IMG/VR virus record: IMGVR_UViG_3300042526_000402
Location: 1 to 64,000 of that record
DNA: 64,000 nucleotides
Reading direction: 5' to 3' (one strand)
From: a virus
Positions 46,811-57,473 of the stretch are shown here, one piece after another. A model generated the notes under the pieces. The model searched no databases, had not been told where the DNA came from, and saw only the letters and a list, made by a program, of their open reading frames with translations. Position 1 is the first letter of the stretch. Every line of letters starts with the position of its first letter. Both the position numbers and the translations under genes were made by a program.

Positions 46811-47397
46811 TGGAAGAAATATTTAACAGACTCATAGTTGCAGAGTTAATGCCTAATACATATTACATGCTCTACTGTTTAAAAGAGAAAGTAATACCTA
46901 ACAAATTTATCAATAAAGAACTAGAACTGAGTAGATTAAAAGCTAATGATTGGGTTACTCAAGATTTGGTTTTAACAGCAAAAAGTCTTATCTTTATTGA
47001 AGAAATCAACAGTTTCTTTAAGAAAACCAAGAAGAAAACTATAAGTGCATTGATGGGTGATTCATATATGGAAAGAATAAGTTTATACTTAGAGATCTTT
47101 CCAAATAGAAAACTTAACTCCGGTAAACCTGCCAGAGTAAATGCTAAAAACTTAGAGGCTCCTTTTAAATGGTTTTTTGAAACTTATGACTATGATTGGG
47201 AAACAATATTACAAGCAACAGAAAAATATGTATCTGAATATGAACTTAAAAGGTTTGAGTATATGAGAAATTCACAGTATTTTATCCGTAAACAAAATTT
47301 GGATAAATCTTTTGAGTCAGATCTGGCTACATACTGTGAACTATTCATATCTGGTGCAGATGAAGTTCCTACTTATTTTAGGGACAACATAGTGTGA
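46804..47397 (+). CDS. Putative replication protein upstream of DnaB
   Basis: 197 aa; FP......G..AR, YM....YFI; position. Confidence 0.5.
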   Translation: MVMEEIFNRLIVAELMPNTYYMLYCLKEKVIPNKFINKELELSRLKANDWVTQDLVLTAKSLIFIEEINSFFKKTKKKTISALMGDSYMERISLYLEIFPNRKLNSGKPARVNAKNLEAPFKWFFETYDYDWETILQATEKYVSEYELKRFEYMRNSQYFIRKQNLDKSFESDLATYCELFISGADEVPTYFRDNIV

Positions 47398-47417
47398 TCA
47401 ATTTTTAAAATCCACAT

Positions 47418-48425
47418 ATGTCAAATTTATTTAATGGAGCAAGACCTTTACTACCTGTTAGTGAAAGGCAGTCAGTAGAAAAAGCTATCTATAAAATTAG
47501 AGCTAGGAGACAGGGTACATTAAAATCCCTAAAGAGTGCTTGGCCTAAATTTAATGATGCTTTCTGTGATGGTCTTGAATGGAGAACAATTACCGTGGTT
47601 GGTGCCAGACCTGGAACAGGTAAAACTTTATTTATGGAACAACTAATTAGCGATATAATTGCTAATAACAGTGATCAATATTTTAGAGTTTTGAAGTTTC
47701 AGATGGAGATGGTAGATGAAACCAGCGGTGTTAGAAAACTAAGTCTGATTACAAGTGCTGATTACAACACATTAATGAGTAAAGACGGCAAACAAGTAGA
47801 TAAGAGAATCTATGATGAATGTGTTAAGTATTACCAAAGTATGCAAGCAACAGACAGAATTAATGTTGTCTATGATGCTTGTACAGTAGATGAGATGTGT
47901 GCTACTATACACTATGAGATGGATAAGTACAAAAATGAAGATGGTACTTATAATAACATGCTTGTTGGTATAGATCACTCAGCTTTATTTAAAGTTGGTA
48001 AAGGACAGAAAGACAAATTTGAAATGCTAGGAAGCTTAGGTGAGGCTCTCACTATGATGAAAAAGAAATATCCTATAGCATTCATTGTCTTGAGTCAGCT
48101 AAACAGAAACATAGATGATCCTAAAAGACAAGAAGAAGGTGTTTATGGAAATTATGTGTTAGATTCTGATATTTATGGGTCTGATGCTTTACTACAACAT
48201 GCGGATGTGGTAATGGGTATTAATAAACCTTCTGTAAGAAAGATTAGGTTGTATGGTCCGGAAAAATTTATTATTGCGGATGAAGACATCTTAGTGTTTC
48301 ATTTCCTTAAATCAAGGAATGGTACCACTAGGATAAGCTTCTTCAGACTTGATAGAACTTTGATGAGGATTATAGAAGTACCAACACCTCCCACCGCAGT
48401 TAAACCAAAAATTTCAACAACATGA
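47418..48425 (+). CDS. dnaB: DnaB-like replicative helicase
   Basis: GARPGTGKT, FQMEM, IDH, LSQLNR, D..GSDAL.Q.AD, KSRNG. Confidence 0.9.
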   Translation: MSNLFNGARPLLPVSERQSVEKAIYKIRARRQGTLKSLKSAWPKFNDAFCDGLEWRTITVVGARPGTGKTLFMEQLISDIIANNSDQYFRVLKFQMEMVDETSGVRKLSLITSADYNTLMSKDGKQVDKRIYDECVKYYQSMQATDRINVVYDACTVDEMCATIHYEMDKYKNEDGTYNNMLVGIDHSALFKVGKGQKDKFEMLGSLGEALTMMKKKYPIAFIVLSQLNRNIDDPKRQEEGVYGNYVLDSDIYGSDALLQHADVVMGINKPSVRKIRLYGPEKFIIADEDILVFHFLKSRNGTTRISFFRLDRTLMRIIEVPTPPTAVKPKISTT

Positions 48426-49117
48426 GTGTAACAACAGTAAGAAAAACAAGAGAGAAAGAATTCTATGTGAATCACATAGAAACTTTTAAGAAAGTAGGTG
48501 AGTCTGATCCTGCATTCTTGATTAAAACTGCCTTTTTTCAAAAAGGTAAGTATGGTAGACAAGTACAATTTTTTGAGTCTGAATTAAATAAGGGTCAAGA
48601 TTTGTATGTAGAGTTTTATGACAATGTAACTGATAACTCTGGTACAGTTGTAGATGTAAAACCATTCTATGAAAACAGACAATTGTTTAGATATAGGTAT
48701 AATCCTTTCTATTCAGAAGAATATGATAAAAAAAGTGGTGTATCTTCTGCAGGATCTGACTATTCATTATTTACAGTTCCATTACAAGAATTATTAGCTG
48801 TTAATCCTGACGGAAGCACACTTAGCTATGGTTTGTTTGAGAAAAGACTTGCTGAGATTGAAGAGAAGAAGAAAAGTTCTGACTTTGATATAGATTTACC
48901 AAGACTACAGAATTCTTTAGTTAACAACAATGATTTTCCTGATTTTACAGAAGAATTGAAACCAAAAACTAATAATTCTGTGTCAGAGATTAAATCTATT
49001 CCTAGCATTCCAGATGTATTATATTCTGAAATGACTATTGCAGATTATGCAGCAATTATATGGAAAAAACCTGTAAGCAACAGACAGTGGTTAAATGAAT
49101 TAATTACAAAACAATGA
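48422..49117 (+). CDS. Hypothetical protein of the replication module
   Basis: 231 aa; C-terminal MTI.DYAAI.WKKPVS...WLN.LI. Confidence 0.6.
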   Translation: MSVTTVRKTREKEFYVNHIETFKKVGESDPAFLIKTAFFQKGKYGRQVQFFESELNKGQDLYVEFYDNVTDNSGTVVDVKPFYENRQLFRYRYNPFYSEEYDKKSGVSSAGSDYSLFTVPLQELLAVNPDGSTLSYGLFEKRLAEIEEKKKSSDFDIDLPRLQNSLVNNNDFPDFTEELKPKTNNSVSEIKSIPSIPDVLYSEMTIADYAAIIWKKPVSNRQWLNELITKQ

Positions 49118-49833
49118 GTATAGTACTTCCAACTACAAAGGTAAAGGCTCAGAGAGCTAATCCTAAAAGATTGGTTATCTATTCAAAACCTAAAACAGGT
49201 AAAACTACTTGTTATGCAGGTCTTGAAAATAATCTTATCTTAGATTTAGAACATGGTGCAGATTTTATTGAAGCATTGAAAGTTCCAATTACTAGTTTAC
49301 AAGAGTTATTGGATACTGGTAAAGCAATTAGAGAAGCTAACAAACCTTACAAGTACATTACTATTGATACTGTAACAGCATTAGAAGAAATGATTCATCC
49401 GCTTGCAATAAAATTATACAAACAAACACCAATGGGTAAAAATTTTGATGGAGATACTGTCACTACTTTACCAAATGGTGCAGGATATTTGTATATTCGC
49501 CAAGCTTTTTTCCAAGTGCTGGATTTTGTAGATACCTTAGCTGATCATGTAATCCTATCAGGACACATTAAAGATAAGCAAGTTGATGACAAAGGTGAAA
49601 TGGTTATGGCAGCTAATATAGATTTGACAGGTAAAATCAAATCTTTAGTGTGTGCTAATGCTGATGCAATTGGTTACATGTACAGAAAAGGTTCTAAAAC
49701 TATACTAAGTTTTAAAACTAATGATGAAGTAACTTGTGGTGCAAGACCAGATCACTTGAGAAATCAAGAAATAGTGATTGCTGATTCTAGTGAAGGACAA
49801 TTGAATGTGTCTTGGAATGAAGTATATATTTAA
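49114..49833 (+). CDS. AAA_24/Sak4-like ATPase
   Basis: YSKPKTGKTT, LDLE.G, ITIDTVT.LE, GAGY, AD.IGY. Confidence 0.85.
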   Translation: MSIVLPTTKVKAQRANPKRLVIYSKPKTGKTTCYAGLENNLILDLEHGADFIEALKVPITSLQELLDTGKAIREANKPYKYITIDTVTALEEMIHPLAIKLYKQTPMGKNFDGDTVTTLPNGAGYLYIRQAFFQVLDFVDTLADHVILSGHIKDKQVDDKGEMVMAANIDLTGKIKSLVCANADAIGYMYRKGSKTILSFKTNDEVTCGARPDHLRNQEIVIADSSEGQLNVSWNEVYI

Positions 49834-49869
49834 AAAAATAAGTTTAACAATTAAAAAAGTAAAAAAAAG

Positions 49870-50553
49870 ATGGCTTTAAGTACAACTGATTTAGGAACAG
49901 GCTCCGGGATGCCTAAAACAATTACACCAGGTAATCATGTTTTAAAAATTAATTCTATTACATTAGAAGATTTCTCATTTATTGAAGGTGCATACCACTT
50001 GATGTTAAATGTAGAAACACCACCTATTGCTGATTATGAAGGTTTTATGATTGACAAAGATGATGAAAGCAAGGGTCGTTATGCAGGTCAAATTGGTAGA
50101 GTGAAAGCAAGCCAATATGCATTTGCTGATGGTGAGACTAAAACTGGTGTTAAGATTCAAAGAAATAGATCTATCATGATTTTCTTGAAAAACTTAGCAC
50201 ATACATATGGTGCTGATGAATGGTTTGTAGCACAAGATAACAAGTTTGATACTATTGAAGACTTTGTTAAAAACTTCAGTGAAAATGCTCCAATCAAAGA
50301 CACATATCTTAAATGGTGTGTAGGTGGTAAAGAATATATGGGTAAGACTGGTTATACTAACTATGACATGTATTTACCAAAAAGTGAAGGTAATAAGTAT
50401 GCTTATGGTAATGTTGAAAATGGTAATATTGTTGAGTATAATGAGGCTAAACACCTTAAAAAGCTTGAAGTAGTTGAGAAAAAAGAATTTGGAACACAAG
50501 AAGATGATTTTTCTATTCCAAGTAAGAATGCTGCTGACTTTAGCTTAGATTAA
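49870..50553 (+). CDS. Putative single-stranded DNA-binding protein
   Basis: Follows the Sak4-like ATPase; I.PG.H...I N-terminus; acidic/aromatic tail; downstream terminator at 50571-50600. Confidence 0.55.
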   Translation: MALSTTDLGTGSGMPKTITPGNHVLKINSITLEDFSFIEGAYHLMLNVETPPIADYEGFMIDKDDESKGRYAGQIGRVKASQYAFADGETKTGVKIQRNRSIMIFLKNLAHTYGADEWFVAQDNKFDTIEDFVKNFSENAPIKDTYLKWCVGGKEYMGKTGYTNYDMYLPKSEGNKYAYGNVENGNIVEYNEAKHLKKLEVVEKKEFGTQEDDFSIPSKNAADFSLD

Positions 50554-50616
50554 AAGTAATTAACTTTTGAGAAAGGGGGTCTCAGTGCTCCCTTTTTTAT
50601 TCTAAAATAAATTGTT

Positions 50617-51591
50617 ATGATTTCTACTAAAGCAATTATATATGATTTGAATCAGGTTCCTACAGAATGGCCTTTTGAATTTTATCTTAATCTTCCAGAA
50701 AAACTCACTGGACAAGATGTTAAAATCAAATCAGTATTTTCTGCAGAAAAAACACCTTCATTTTGTATATATTCAGATAAAATGGGTAAATACAGGTTTA
50801 AGGATTTCTCTACTGGTAAATCTGGTGATACAATTGATTTTGTGTTGCACTATTATAATCTAGAGTCTAGAGGTATTGCTGTAAGAAAGATAATGGATGA
50901 TTATTCTGATTATGTTTCAAGAAATGATATAACTCCCAGGGAATATAAACCAGAGAGTAGATATGAAGTTTCTGATTATGAAATCAGACACTGGAATAAT
51001 CTTGATCAAGATTTTTGGTTAAGCTATAAGATAGGTTCTAAAGTATTAGACAAACACAATGTTCAACCACTGAAGTATTTTATACTTAGTAAAAGTGATC
51101 AAGATGGTGCTATAAAAGAGCTCCGGTTTGAAAATAACTATACATATGGTTATTTCAAAAATGATGGTACACTATATAAAATCTATCAACCTAAAAATAA
51201 GGTCAGCAAGTTTATTAAAGTTTCTGATTATATTCAGGGTTCTGAACAAATTACTTTTGAAAGCAAGTATCTAATAATTACAAAATCTTTAAAAGATATC
51301 ATGTCTTTCAAAACTCTTGGGATTGGTAATGTAGAAACAATTGCACCAGATAGTGAGAATTCAATGATTGCAGAAAATATTATGAAGAAGTATATCCAAA
51401 AATATGCTAAGATTATATTAATTTTTGACAATGATGAGCCCGGTATTGAAGCAGCTAAAACTTACAAGAAAAGATATGGTTTTGATTATGTGGTTCTACC
51501 ATTTGAGAAAGATATATCTGATACTGTAAAAGCAAGAGGTATTCAAGAAACAAGAAACATAGTATTCAAATCAATAAAAGCACTATTATGA
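50617..51591 (+). CDS. DNA primase (TOPRIM)
   Basis: EKTPSF, FKDFSTG..GD, ITKSLKD.M, FDNDEPG, KDISD. Confidence 0.85.
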   Translation: MISTKAIIYDLNQVPTEWPFEFYLNLPEKLTGQDVKIKSVFSAEKTPSFCIYSDKMGKYRFKDFSTGKSGDTIDFVLHYYNLESRGIAVRKIMDDYSDYVSRNDITPREYKPESRYEVSDYEIRHWNNLDQDFWLSYKIGSKVLDKHNVQPLKYFILSKSDQDGAIKELRFENNYTYGYFKNDGTLYKIYQPKNKVSKFIKVSDYIQGSEQITFESKYLIITKSLKDIMSFKTLGIGNVETIAPDSENSMIAENIMKKYIQKYAKIILIFDNDEPGIEAAKTYKKRYGFDYVVLPFEKDISDTVKARGIQETRNIVFKSIKALL

Positions 51592-52028
51592 GTAAACCAA
51601 TAGATTTTTGGACATATAAAGGAAAAGTATTTAAAGAATCTGATATCCCAGAAGGAGCTATTGGCTTTATTTATCTTATGACAGCTATAATAGATGGTAA
51701 GTCTGTTTCTTATATAGGCAAGAAGAATTTTTTTGCTAATATAAAAAGACCGTTAGGTAAGAAAGCTTTGGCTATGAGTACTGATAAGAGACTTAAAAAG
51801 TATACTAGAGTTCTTAGACCAGATTTTCTTAATTATTATAGCTCTAATAAAATACTGAAAGAAGCGCACAAAATGGGTGTAAATATTAAAAGAGAAATTC
51901 TTAGAATATGTTACTCAAGTACTGAGCTTACTTATCAGGAAACAAAACATCACTTTGTACATGAAGTGTTAGAAAAAGAAGAGTTTCTTAATGGAAACAT
52001 CTTAGGTAGATTCTATAAAGTAAAATAG
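51588..52028 (+). CDS. GIY-YIG-like nuclease
   Basis: GFIY...YIGKK...YYSS...REIL...E...N.NI.G.F. Confidence 0.7.
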   Translation: MSKPIDFWTYKGKVFKESDIPEGAIGFIYLMTAIIDGKSVSYIGKKNFFANIKRPLGKKALAMSTDKRLKKYTRVLRPDFLNYYSSNKILKEAHKMGVNIKREILRICYSSTELTYQETKHHFVHEVLEKEEFLNGNILGRFYKVK

Positions 52029-52134
52029 TTATGAAAACACTTAAACGCATTTACAGGTATTTAGCTTTTATTGAAAAGCATGTTAAAAAATGTAGAGAGA
52101 AGTCTCTATTTGGTAAAATGTAAAAAAAAGACTG

Positions 52135-52539
52135 ATGGAAAAAGTAAAATTTGGAAAAGAAGAATGCAAGAATCTGATTGCAATGATTAATTCTTCTGAT
52201 GAAAGTAATTCAAATTTAGCACATACAATTATTGATTCTTTAGACATTAATGATAACCTATTCTGGATTTTTATGGTTTTTATCTTTTCTGGTAAAGATG
52301 AAACCTATTGGGAAAAAAATAAATTTTATGATGCTTTAAATCTAGAATTAGGATTTAATTTTTCTCTTTGTTTTAAGGATAAACAAAAAGTACTCAATGT
52401 TATAGAATACTTCATAGTATGTCCTGACCACACTGAGTGTATAACTTTTTATTTTGAAATGTATGTAGAAGTTGTAAAAACTAAACTTGAAAAATTTGGT
52501 TTTGAATTTGAAGGAAATCTAAAAATAGTAAAAAAGTAA
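52135..52539 (+). CDS. Hypothetical protein
   Basis: 134 aa; LIAMINSSDESN..LA motif. Confidence 0.6.
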   Translation: MEKVKFGKEECKNLIAMINSSDESNSNLAHTIIDSLDINDNLFWIFMVFIFSGKDETYWEKNKFYDALNLELGFNFSLCFKDKQKVLNVIEYFIVCPDHTECITFYFEMYVEVVKTKLEKFGFEFEGNLKIVKK

Positions 52540-52545
52540 GAGTTT

Positions 52546-53853
52546 ATGAATAAAGTAGATTTACTAAGCAAGGCCAGTAAGGACATAATGCTTAAAGAGC
52601 CCTATTATGGGTATTTTCTAATCCAGCTAAATAAGCATTGGAGAAATGACATTCCTACAGCAGGAGTTAGTAAGAATGGAATAAACTACCAGTTAGCAAT
52701 TAATGAGACTTTCTGGTGTGGATTGACTGATTTAAATAGATTAGGTTTGTTAAAACATGAGCTATTACACATTGCATTTGGACACTTAACAGCATATCAT
52801 AATTTTGCTGATAAGAGAATGGCCAACATTGCAATGGATATGGAAATTAACCAGTATATAGAAAATGACTGGTTACCGGGTGGAGAATATACTACAGAAG
52901 AATTTACACTGTTGAAAGATGCTGTAATGACTGAGTATAAAAAAGCAAAAGATAATAATGCTACACCAGAGGAACTAAAAGAAATTGAATCTAAGATACC
53001 TTGCAGAGGTATAATGATTGATGATTATCATGAGTTGAATCTTGATACAAAGGCAGGTACTAAATACTACTATAAGAAGCTGAAAGAGGCTCAGGAGCAG
53101 AAGGAACAAACTGGTACTTCAGGTTCAGAAGCTATGGATCAATTGCTTGACCAAATGGAACAAGGAATGAGTCCAGGTGATGATCATGGTACATGGGAAG
53201 AGTTTGACGGCATAAGTGAAACAGAACAAAAACTTATGGAAGGTCAAATTCAAAGAATTCTCACCGAAGCTAAAGACCAGACTGAAAAGAAAAGAGGTCA
53301 TGTTCCTGGTGAAATGTCCAGTCTTATTAAAGTAGAAGAATTTGTAAAACCAAAATTTGATTGGAGAGGTTATGTAAGAAGATTTACTGGTACAAGTACA
53401 AAAGTATTTACCAAGAAACTTCAAAGAAAGGAAAACAGAAGATTTCCGGCTTTTCCAGGTCTAAAAATTAAAATGCGTCAGCACATCTTGTTAGCTATTG
53501 ATACTTCAGGTTCAGTAAGTGATTCAGAGCTAAAAGAGTTTATGAATGAGATTCATCACATTTATAAAACAGGTGTTGATATTACTATTATCCAATGTGA
53601 TACAAAAATCAACAGTATTGAGCCCTATAAAGGCAAGAATGATTTGAATGTTGTTGGTAGAGGTGGGACTGAATTTGATCCCGTCCTAGAGTATTATGAT
53701 GCAAACATCAGAAAGTTTACAAGTTTAATATACTTTACTGATGGTGAGTGTTATACAAGTATAAAGCCAAAAGGCAAAATATTGTGGGTATTATCTGAAA
53801 GATCAGATATGAATGATAAATTACCAGGCAAAATTATTAAGTTAGAGTTATAA
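52546..53853 (+). CDS. DUF2201-type metallopeptidase-like/vWA domain protein
   Basis: PTAGV, KHELLH, N.AMD.EINQ, IDTSGS (MIDAS), GRGGT.F.PV, FTDGE. Confidence 0.85.
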   Translation: MNKVDLLSKASKDIMLKEPYYGYFLIQLNKHWRNDIPTAGVSKNGINYQLAINETFWCGLTDLNRLGLLKHELLHIAFGHLTAYHNFADKRMANIAMDMEINQYIENDWLPGGEYTTEEFTLLKDAVMTEYKKAKDNNATPEELKEIESKIPCRGIMIDDYHELNLDTKAGTKYYYKKLKEAQEQKEQTGTSGSEAMDQLLDQMEQGMSPGDDHGTWEEFDGISETEQKLMEGQIQRILTEAKDQTEKKRGHVPGEMSSLIKVEEFVKPKFDWRGYVRRFTGTSTKVFTKKLQRKENRRFPAFPGLKIKMRQHILLAIDTSGSVSDSELKEFMNEIHHIYKTGVDITIIQCDTKINSIEPYKGKNDLNVVGRGGTEFDPVLEYYDANIRKFTSLIYFTDGECYTSIKPKGKILWVLSERSDMNDKLPGKIIKLEL

Positions 53854-53872
53854 AAAATTAAAAAAGAAAGTT

Positions 53873-55042
53873 ATGAGTCAAGTTCAATTAAATTTAGATG
53901 AGTTAAAAGATTTTATAAAGTATATGGTTACTAATAACCAACATATACAAGCTAATGGTAAAGTTCCTGTAGCAGTGAATATAGAGGGTGATGCTGGTTT
54001 GGGTAAAACTTCATCAGTAAAACAATTAGCTTCAGAGCTTAACATGGATATGATCAGACTAAACTTAGCAGAGTTTGAGGAATTAGGTGACCTAGTAGGT
54101 TTTCCTGTAAAAGAATTTGAGATTTCAAATGCAGAAGGTAAGACTACCTGGATTAATGAGCATCAGATTGATGCAGCAATGAAGAAAGGTTACAAAGTAA
54201 TCAATAAGAGAATGGCTCATGCTGCTCCTGAATGGATTCAAGGTAGAGGTGAAGGTGGATTCTTAATCTTAGATGACTATACCAGAGCTGACCACAGATT
54301 TATGCAAGCTACCATGACTCTTATTGATGAGCAAGCATATGCTTCTTGGAAATTACCAAAGAACTGGCATATCTTATTGACAACTAATCCAGACAATGGT
54401 GATTATAATGTAACTTCTTTAGATGTTGCTCAGAAGACAAGATTTATCTCTACAGAAGTAAAATTTGATGCTAACATCTGGGCTAAGTGGGCAGAGAAGT
54501 CTAATATTGACAGTAGATGTATTAACTTTTTATTGATGAATCCAGAATTAGTTTCTCAAAGAATTAATCCAAGGATGATTACTACTTTCTTTAACTCTAT
54601 CAGTTCTATTCAAGATTTTTCTAAGAACTTACCAATTATTCAAATGATTGGTGAAGGTTCTGTAGGTCCTGACTTTGCATCTATGTTTACTATGTTTATT
54701 AATAACAAACTAGATAAGATTATTGGTCCTAAAGATATCTTTGAAAAAGATGAGCAGTATGTGTTAAATACACTTAAATCTGCTATAGGAGAAGGTGATG
54801 ACTTCCGAGCTGATTTATCTAGTGTAGTTGCAACAAGAGTTGTTAACTATGGTTTAACATTTGCTGAGAAAAATACCATTACTCAACCAATGATTCAAAG
54901 AATTATAAAACTTACTACTGAATGTGATTCTTTCACTGATGACTTGAGATACTATGTCATCAAAGAGTTAATCAATGGTAACAAGGTTAAATTTGCTTCA
55001 TTGATGATGAATGCTAATGTAGTAAAGATGTCAGTAAAATAA
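53873..55042 (+). CDS. MoxR-like AAA+ ATPase
   Basis: GDAGLGKT, DLVGFP, LILDDYTRA, TNP, TRF, NPR. Confidence 0.85.
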   Translation: MSQVQLNLDELKDFIKYMVTNNQHIQANGKVPVAVNIEGDAGLGKTSSVKQLASELNMDMIRLNLAEFEELGDLVGFPVKEFEISNAEGKTTWINEHQIDAAMKKGYKVINKRMAHAAPEWIQGRGEGGFLILDDYTRADHRFMQATMTLIDEQAYASWKLPKNWHILLTTNPDNGDYNVTSLDVAQKTRFISTEVKFDANIWAKWAEKSNIDSRCINFLLMNPELVSQRINPRMITTFFNSISSIQDFSKNLPIIQMIGEGSVGPDFASMFTMFINNKLDKIIGPKDIFEKDEQYVLNTLKSAIGEGDDFRADLSSVVATRVVNYGLTFAEKNTITQPMIQRIIKLTTECDSFTDDLRYYVIKELINGNKVKFASLMMNANVVKMSVK

Positions 55043-55133
55043 ACAGGACTAACCAGTTCCCTGTAAACACAAGTAACTTAATTATTAACTATGATAGGGG
55101 TGGATTACATCCCTATCTTTTTATGTTTAAAAA

Positions 55134-56474
55134 ATGAAAGCAAATATTTATATAGAATTAGATAATCGTGGTGGTTTAACCACTAAACTTAAACACTTTG
55201 TCAATAGTGCAAAACCATTGTTTAATATTCAAGATATAGATTTTCAACCAAAGAAAGGTGATAAAATATATATTTTACCAGGTGTTAACATTCCTAGAGT
55301 AAAAGTAAAACAGTTTAATGAAGAAAATGGTACTAAGACTATTAGAGATTTAATAACTGCAGATTATATCTTTGGTTCTGATAGAACACAAAATGAGTAT
55401 TTTGATGCAAAAGGTAATCATTGGATTTACAAAATGCCTGTAGCTGATATGGAACAGTTAATGGCTTATTTTACAAGTGAATTAGAATGTGATCCAACTG
55501 ATGTAGCAGATTTAAGAGACATAATTGAAGCTCACAAAACAGTTGAAGAAAATTTAGAAATTTACTACAACTATACAACCATGAATAATTTAAGAGATGT
55601 CAAAAATAGGCGTAATCTTAAAATTCATGAAAACTATGATGACTCAAATACTTATCATATGATTGATCTTGAGTTTCTTGAAGAAGTTGAAATGTTAGAA
55701 ACTTTAACAATTTATAATGTTAATGCTCTGATAAATGCAGTTAATTCTAAGAATGTGACAATTGATTATGAGATGTTTGGTCAGTTAAAAAACATGTTTG
55801 AAAGTAATGACAATGATAATCATGTCTTAGCAATGGAAATTATGGCTAACTCAAATATTATTGAAAGTTTACTTTTTATTGAAATGCTGTTTAAAGAACA
55901 TAGTTATCAGATGTATAACAGTCACACAAGAAACCATGTAAACTTTAAAAGTTTATGTAACACAATTGCTAAAGATAAATATAGATTCAACACAGAGATT
56001 GATGATATAGTTAAATCTTTGAGAACATTTAATGTACTTACAGCTGATAAACTAGATATTTTAATGAAGCATTATCATGAAGAAATCATGAGAAATGGTG
56101 ATTCTACATTTTTTAAAGTTAAGACTATTACTGTTGCAGATAATGTGCATGAGATTCTAAATCAGAACTATACATATACTGTTAAAGATGATTATCAACC
56201 TGTAGCTCAAGATGAAGAAGAAGTTGTTGTAGAAGAAGAAGTTTTAGAAGAAGAACTTGTTGAAGCTGTAAACACTGAAAGTTTAAACATAGAAAGTGTA
56301 GAAGAAGAACCATCTTTTGAATTAGCAGATGTAAATGTAATTGAAGAACCAGTTACTGAAACAGTTGAAGAAGTGATAGAAGAACCTCAAGATGTTATTG
56401 AGACTATTCAAGAAGAAGTTATTGTTGAACCTAATAAAGAAGAAGAAGATGAGTCAAGCATTGATTGGTTCTAA
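55134..56474 (+). CDS. Hypothetical protein with long acidic tail
   Basis: PGVNIPR.K...IRD...AD; MFES.DNDN..LAMEIMAN; E/V-rich C-terminus. Confidence 0.6.
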   Translation: MKANIYIELDNRGGLTTKLKHFVNSAKPLFNIQDIDFQPKKGDKIYILPGVNIPRVKVKQFNEENGTKTIRDLITADYIFGSDRTQNEYFDAKGNHWIYKMPVADMEQLMAYFTSELECDPTDVADLRDIIEAHKTVEENLEIYYNYTTMNNLRDVKNRRNLKIHENYDDSNTYHMIDLEFLEEVEMLETLTIYNVNALINAVNSKNVTIDYEMFGQLKNMFESNDNDNHVLAMEIMANSNIIESLLFIEMLFKEHSYQMYNSHTRNHVNFKSLCNTIAKDKYRFNTEIDDIVKSLRTFNVLTADKLDILMKHYHEEIMRNGDSTFFKVKTITVADNVHEILNQNYTYTVKDDYQPVAQDEEEVVVEEEVLEEELVEAVNTESLNIESVEEEPSFELADVNVIEEPVTETVEEVIEEPQDVIETIQEEVIVEPNKEEEDESSIDWF

Positions 56475-57468
56475 TGAAGAGTTAGAACAGTTCTATAAGA
56501 AGAAGTTTTACTTCAGTTATAGTGGAATTAACAAGTTGTTATATTCTCCGGTGATATTTTATAACCATTATGTTCTTAATCAAAGAGAGGACTCTACAGA
56601 CGCGCACCTAGTTGCAGGGCGCGTTCTGCATTGTCTACTATTTGAAGAAGAAAAGTTTGATGAAAACTTTTTAGAACTACCTGGCAAAATGCCTACAGAT
56701 AGCCAAAGAAAAATTATTTATGATGTGTTCAAAATACATTTGTCAATAAGTAATAATTCACTATCTTTGGAAGACTACTCCCAAGACATTCTCACATTAC
56801 TTCTCACAGCTAATCTCTACCAAACTCTCAAAACAGATCAGCAAAGACTTGACAAGATTCTTACAGAAGAAAACAAGACTTATTTTGAATTCTTGAAAAA
56901 CAGCATTGGCAAAACTGTTGTGGATCAAGAAACTCTGAGTGGCTGCAGAGTTCAGATTGAAATTCTAAGAAGCAATAAAGATGTTAGAGCTTTATTACAA
57001 TTAGATAGAAAACCTGAAGATAATCATCTTGTTGTAGAAAGTGAGTTGCATTTAGAGTATAACAACCCTAAATTAAGCTTTGGTCTTCATGGAGTTCTTG
57101 ATCATGTAGTTGTAGATTCTGAATCTAAGACTATATTCATCAATGATCTCAAGACAACATCAAAAGCAATTCAAGATTTTCCAGAGACCGTAGAATACTA
57201 TAAATATTGGATGCAAGCCGTTATTTATACTATTCTTGCAAACAACAGATACCTTGCTAACAGAGAAGATAAGTTTGATTGGAAGTTTCAAGTAACATTT
57301 ATTGTTATTGACAAGTATAATCTAGTGTATCCATTTCAAGTTAGTCAGGAAACCTTAGAGAAATGGAAGGAGTCTTTTAATGAAATAGTAAAAACTGTTA
57401 AGTGGCACTATGAAAATAGAAGATATGACCTACCATACTCATTAGTTGTAAATAATGTAAAATTGTAA
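56449..57468 (+). CDS. PD-(D/E)xK exonuclease (RecE/ExoVIII-like)
   Basis: FSYSG, GRVLHC, GVLD, INDLKT, Y.MQA..Y; likely start MSQALIG. Confidence 0.8.
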   Translation: MSQALIGSNEELEQFYKKKFYFSYSGINKLLYSPVIFYNHYVLNQREDSTDAHLVAGRVLHCLLFEEEKFDENFLELPGKMPTDSQRKIIYDVFKIHLSISNNSLSLEDYSQDILTLLLTANLYQTLKTDQQRLDKILTEENKTYFEFLKNSIGKTVVDQETLSGCRVQIEILRSNKDVRALLQLDRKPEDNHLVVESELHLEYNNPKLSFGLHGVLDHVVVDSESKTIFINDLKTTSKAIQDFPETVEYYKYWMQAVIYTILANNRYLANREDKFDWKFQVTFIVIDKYNLVYPFQVSQETLEKWKESFNEIVKTVKWHYENRRYDLPYSLVVNNVKL

Positions 57469-57473
57469 GAATT

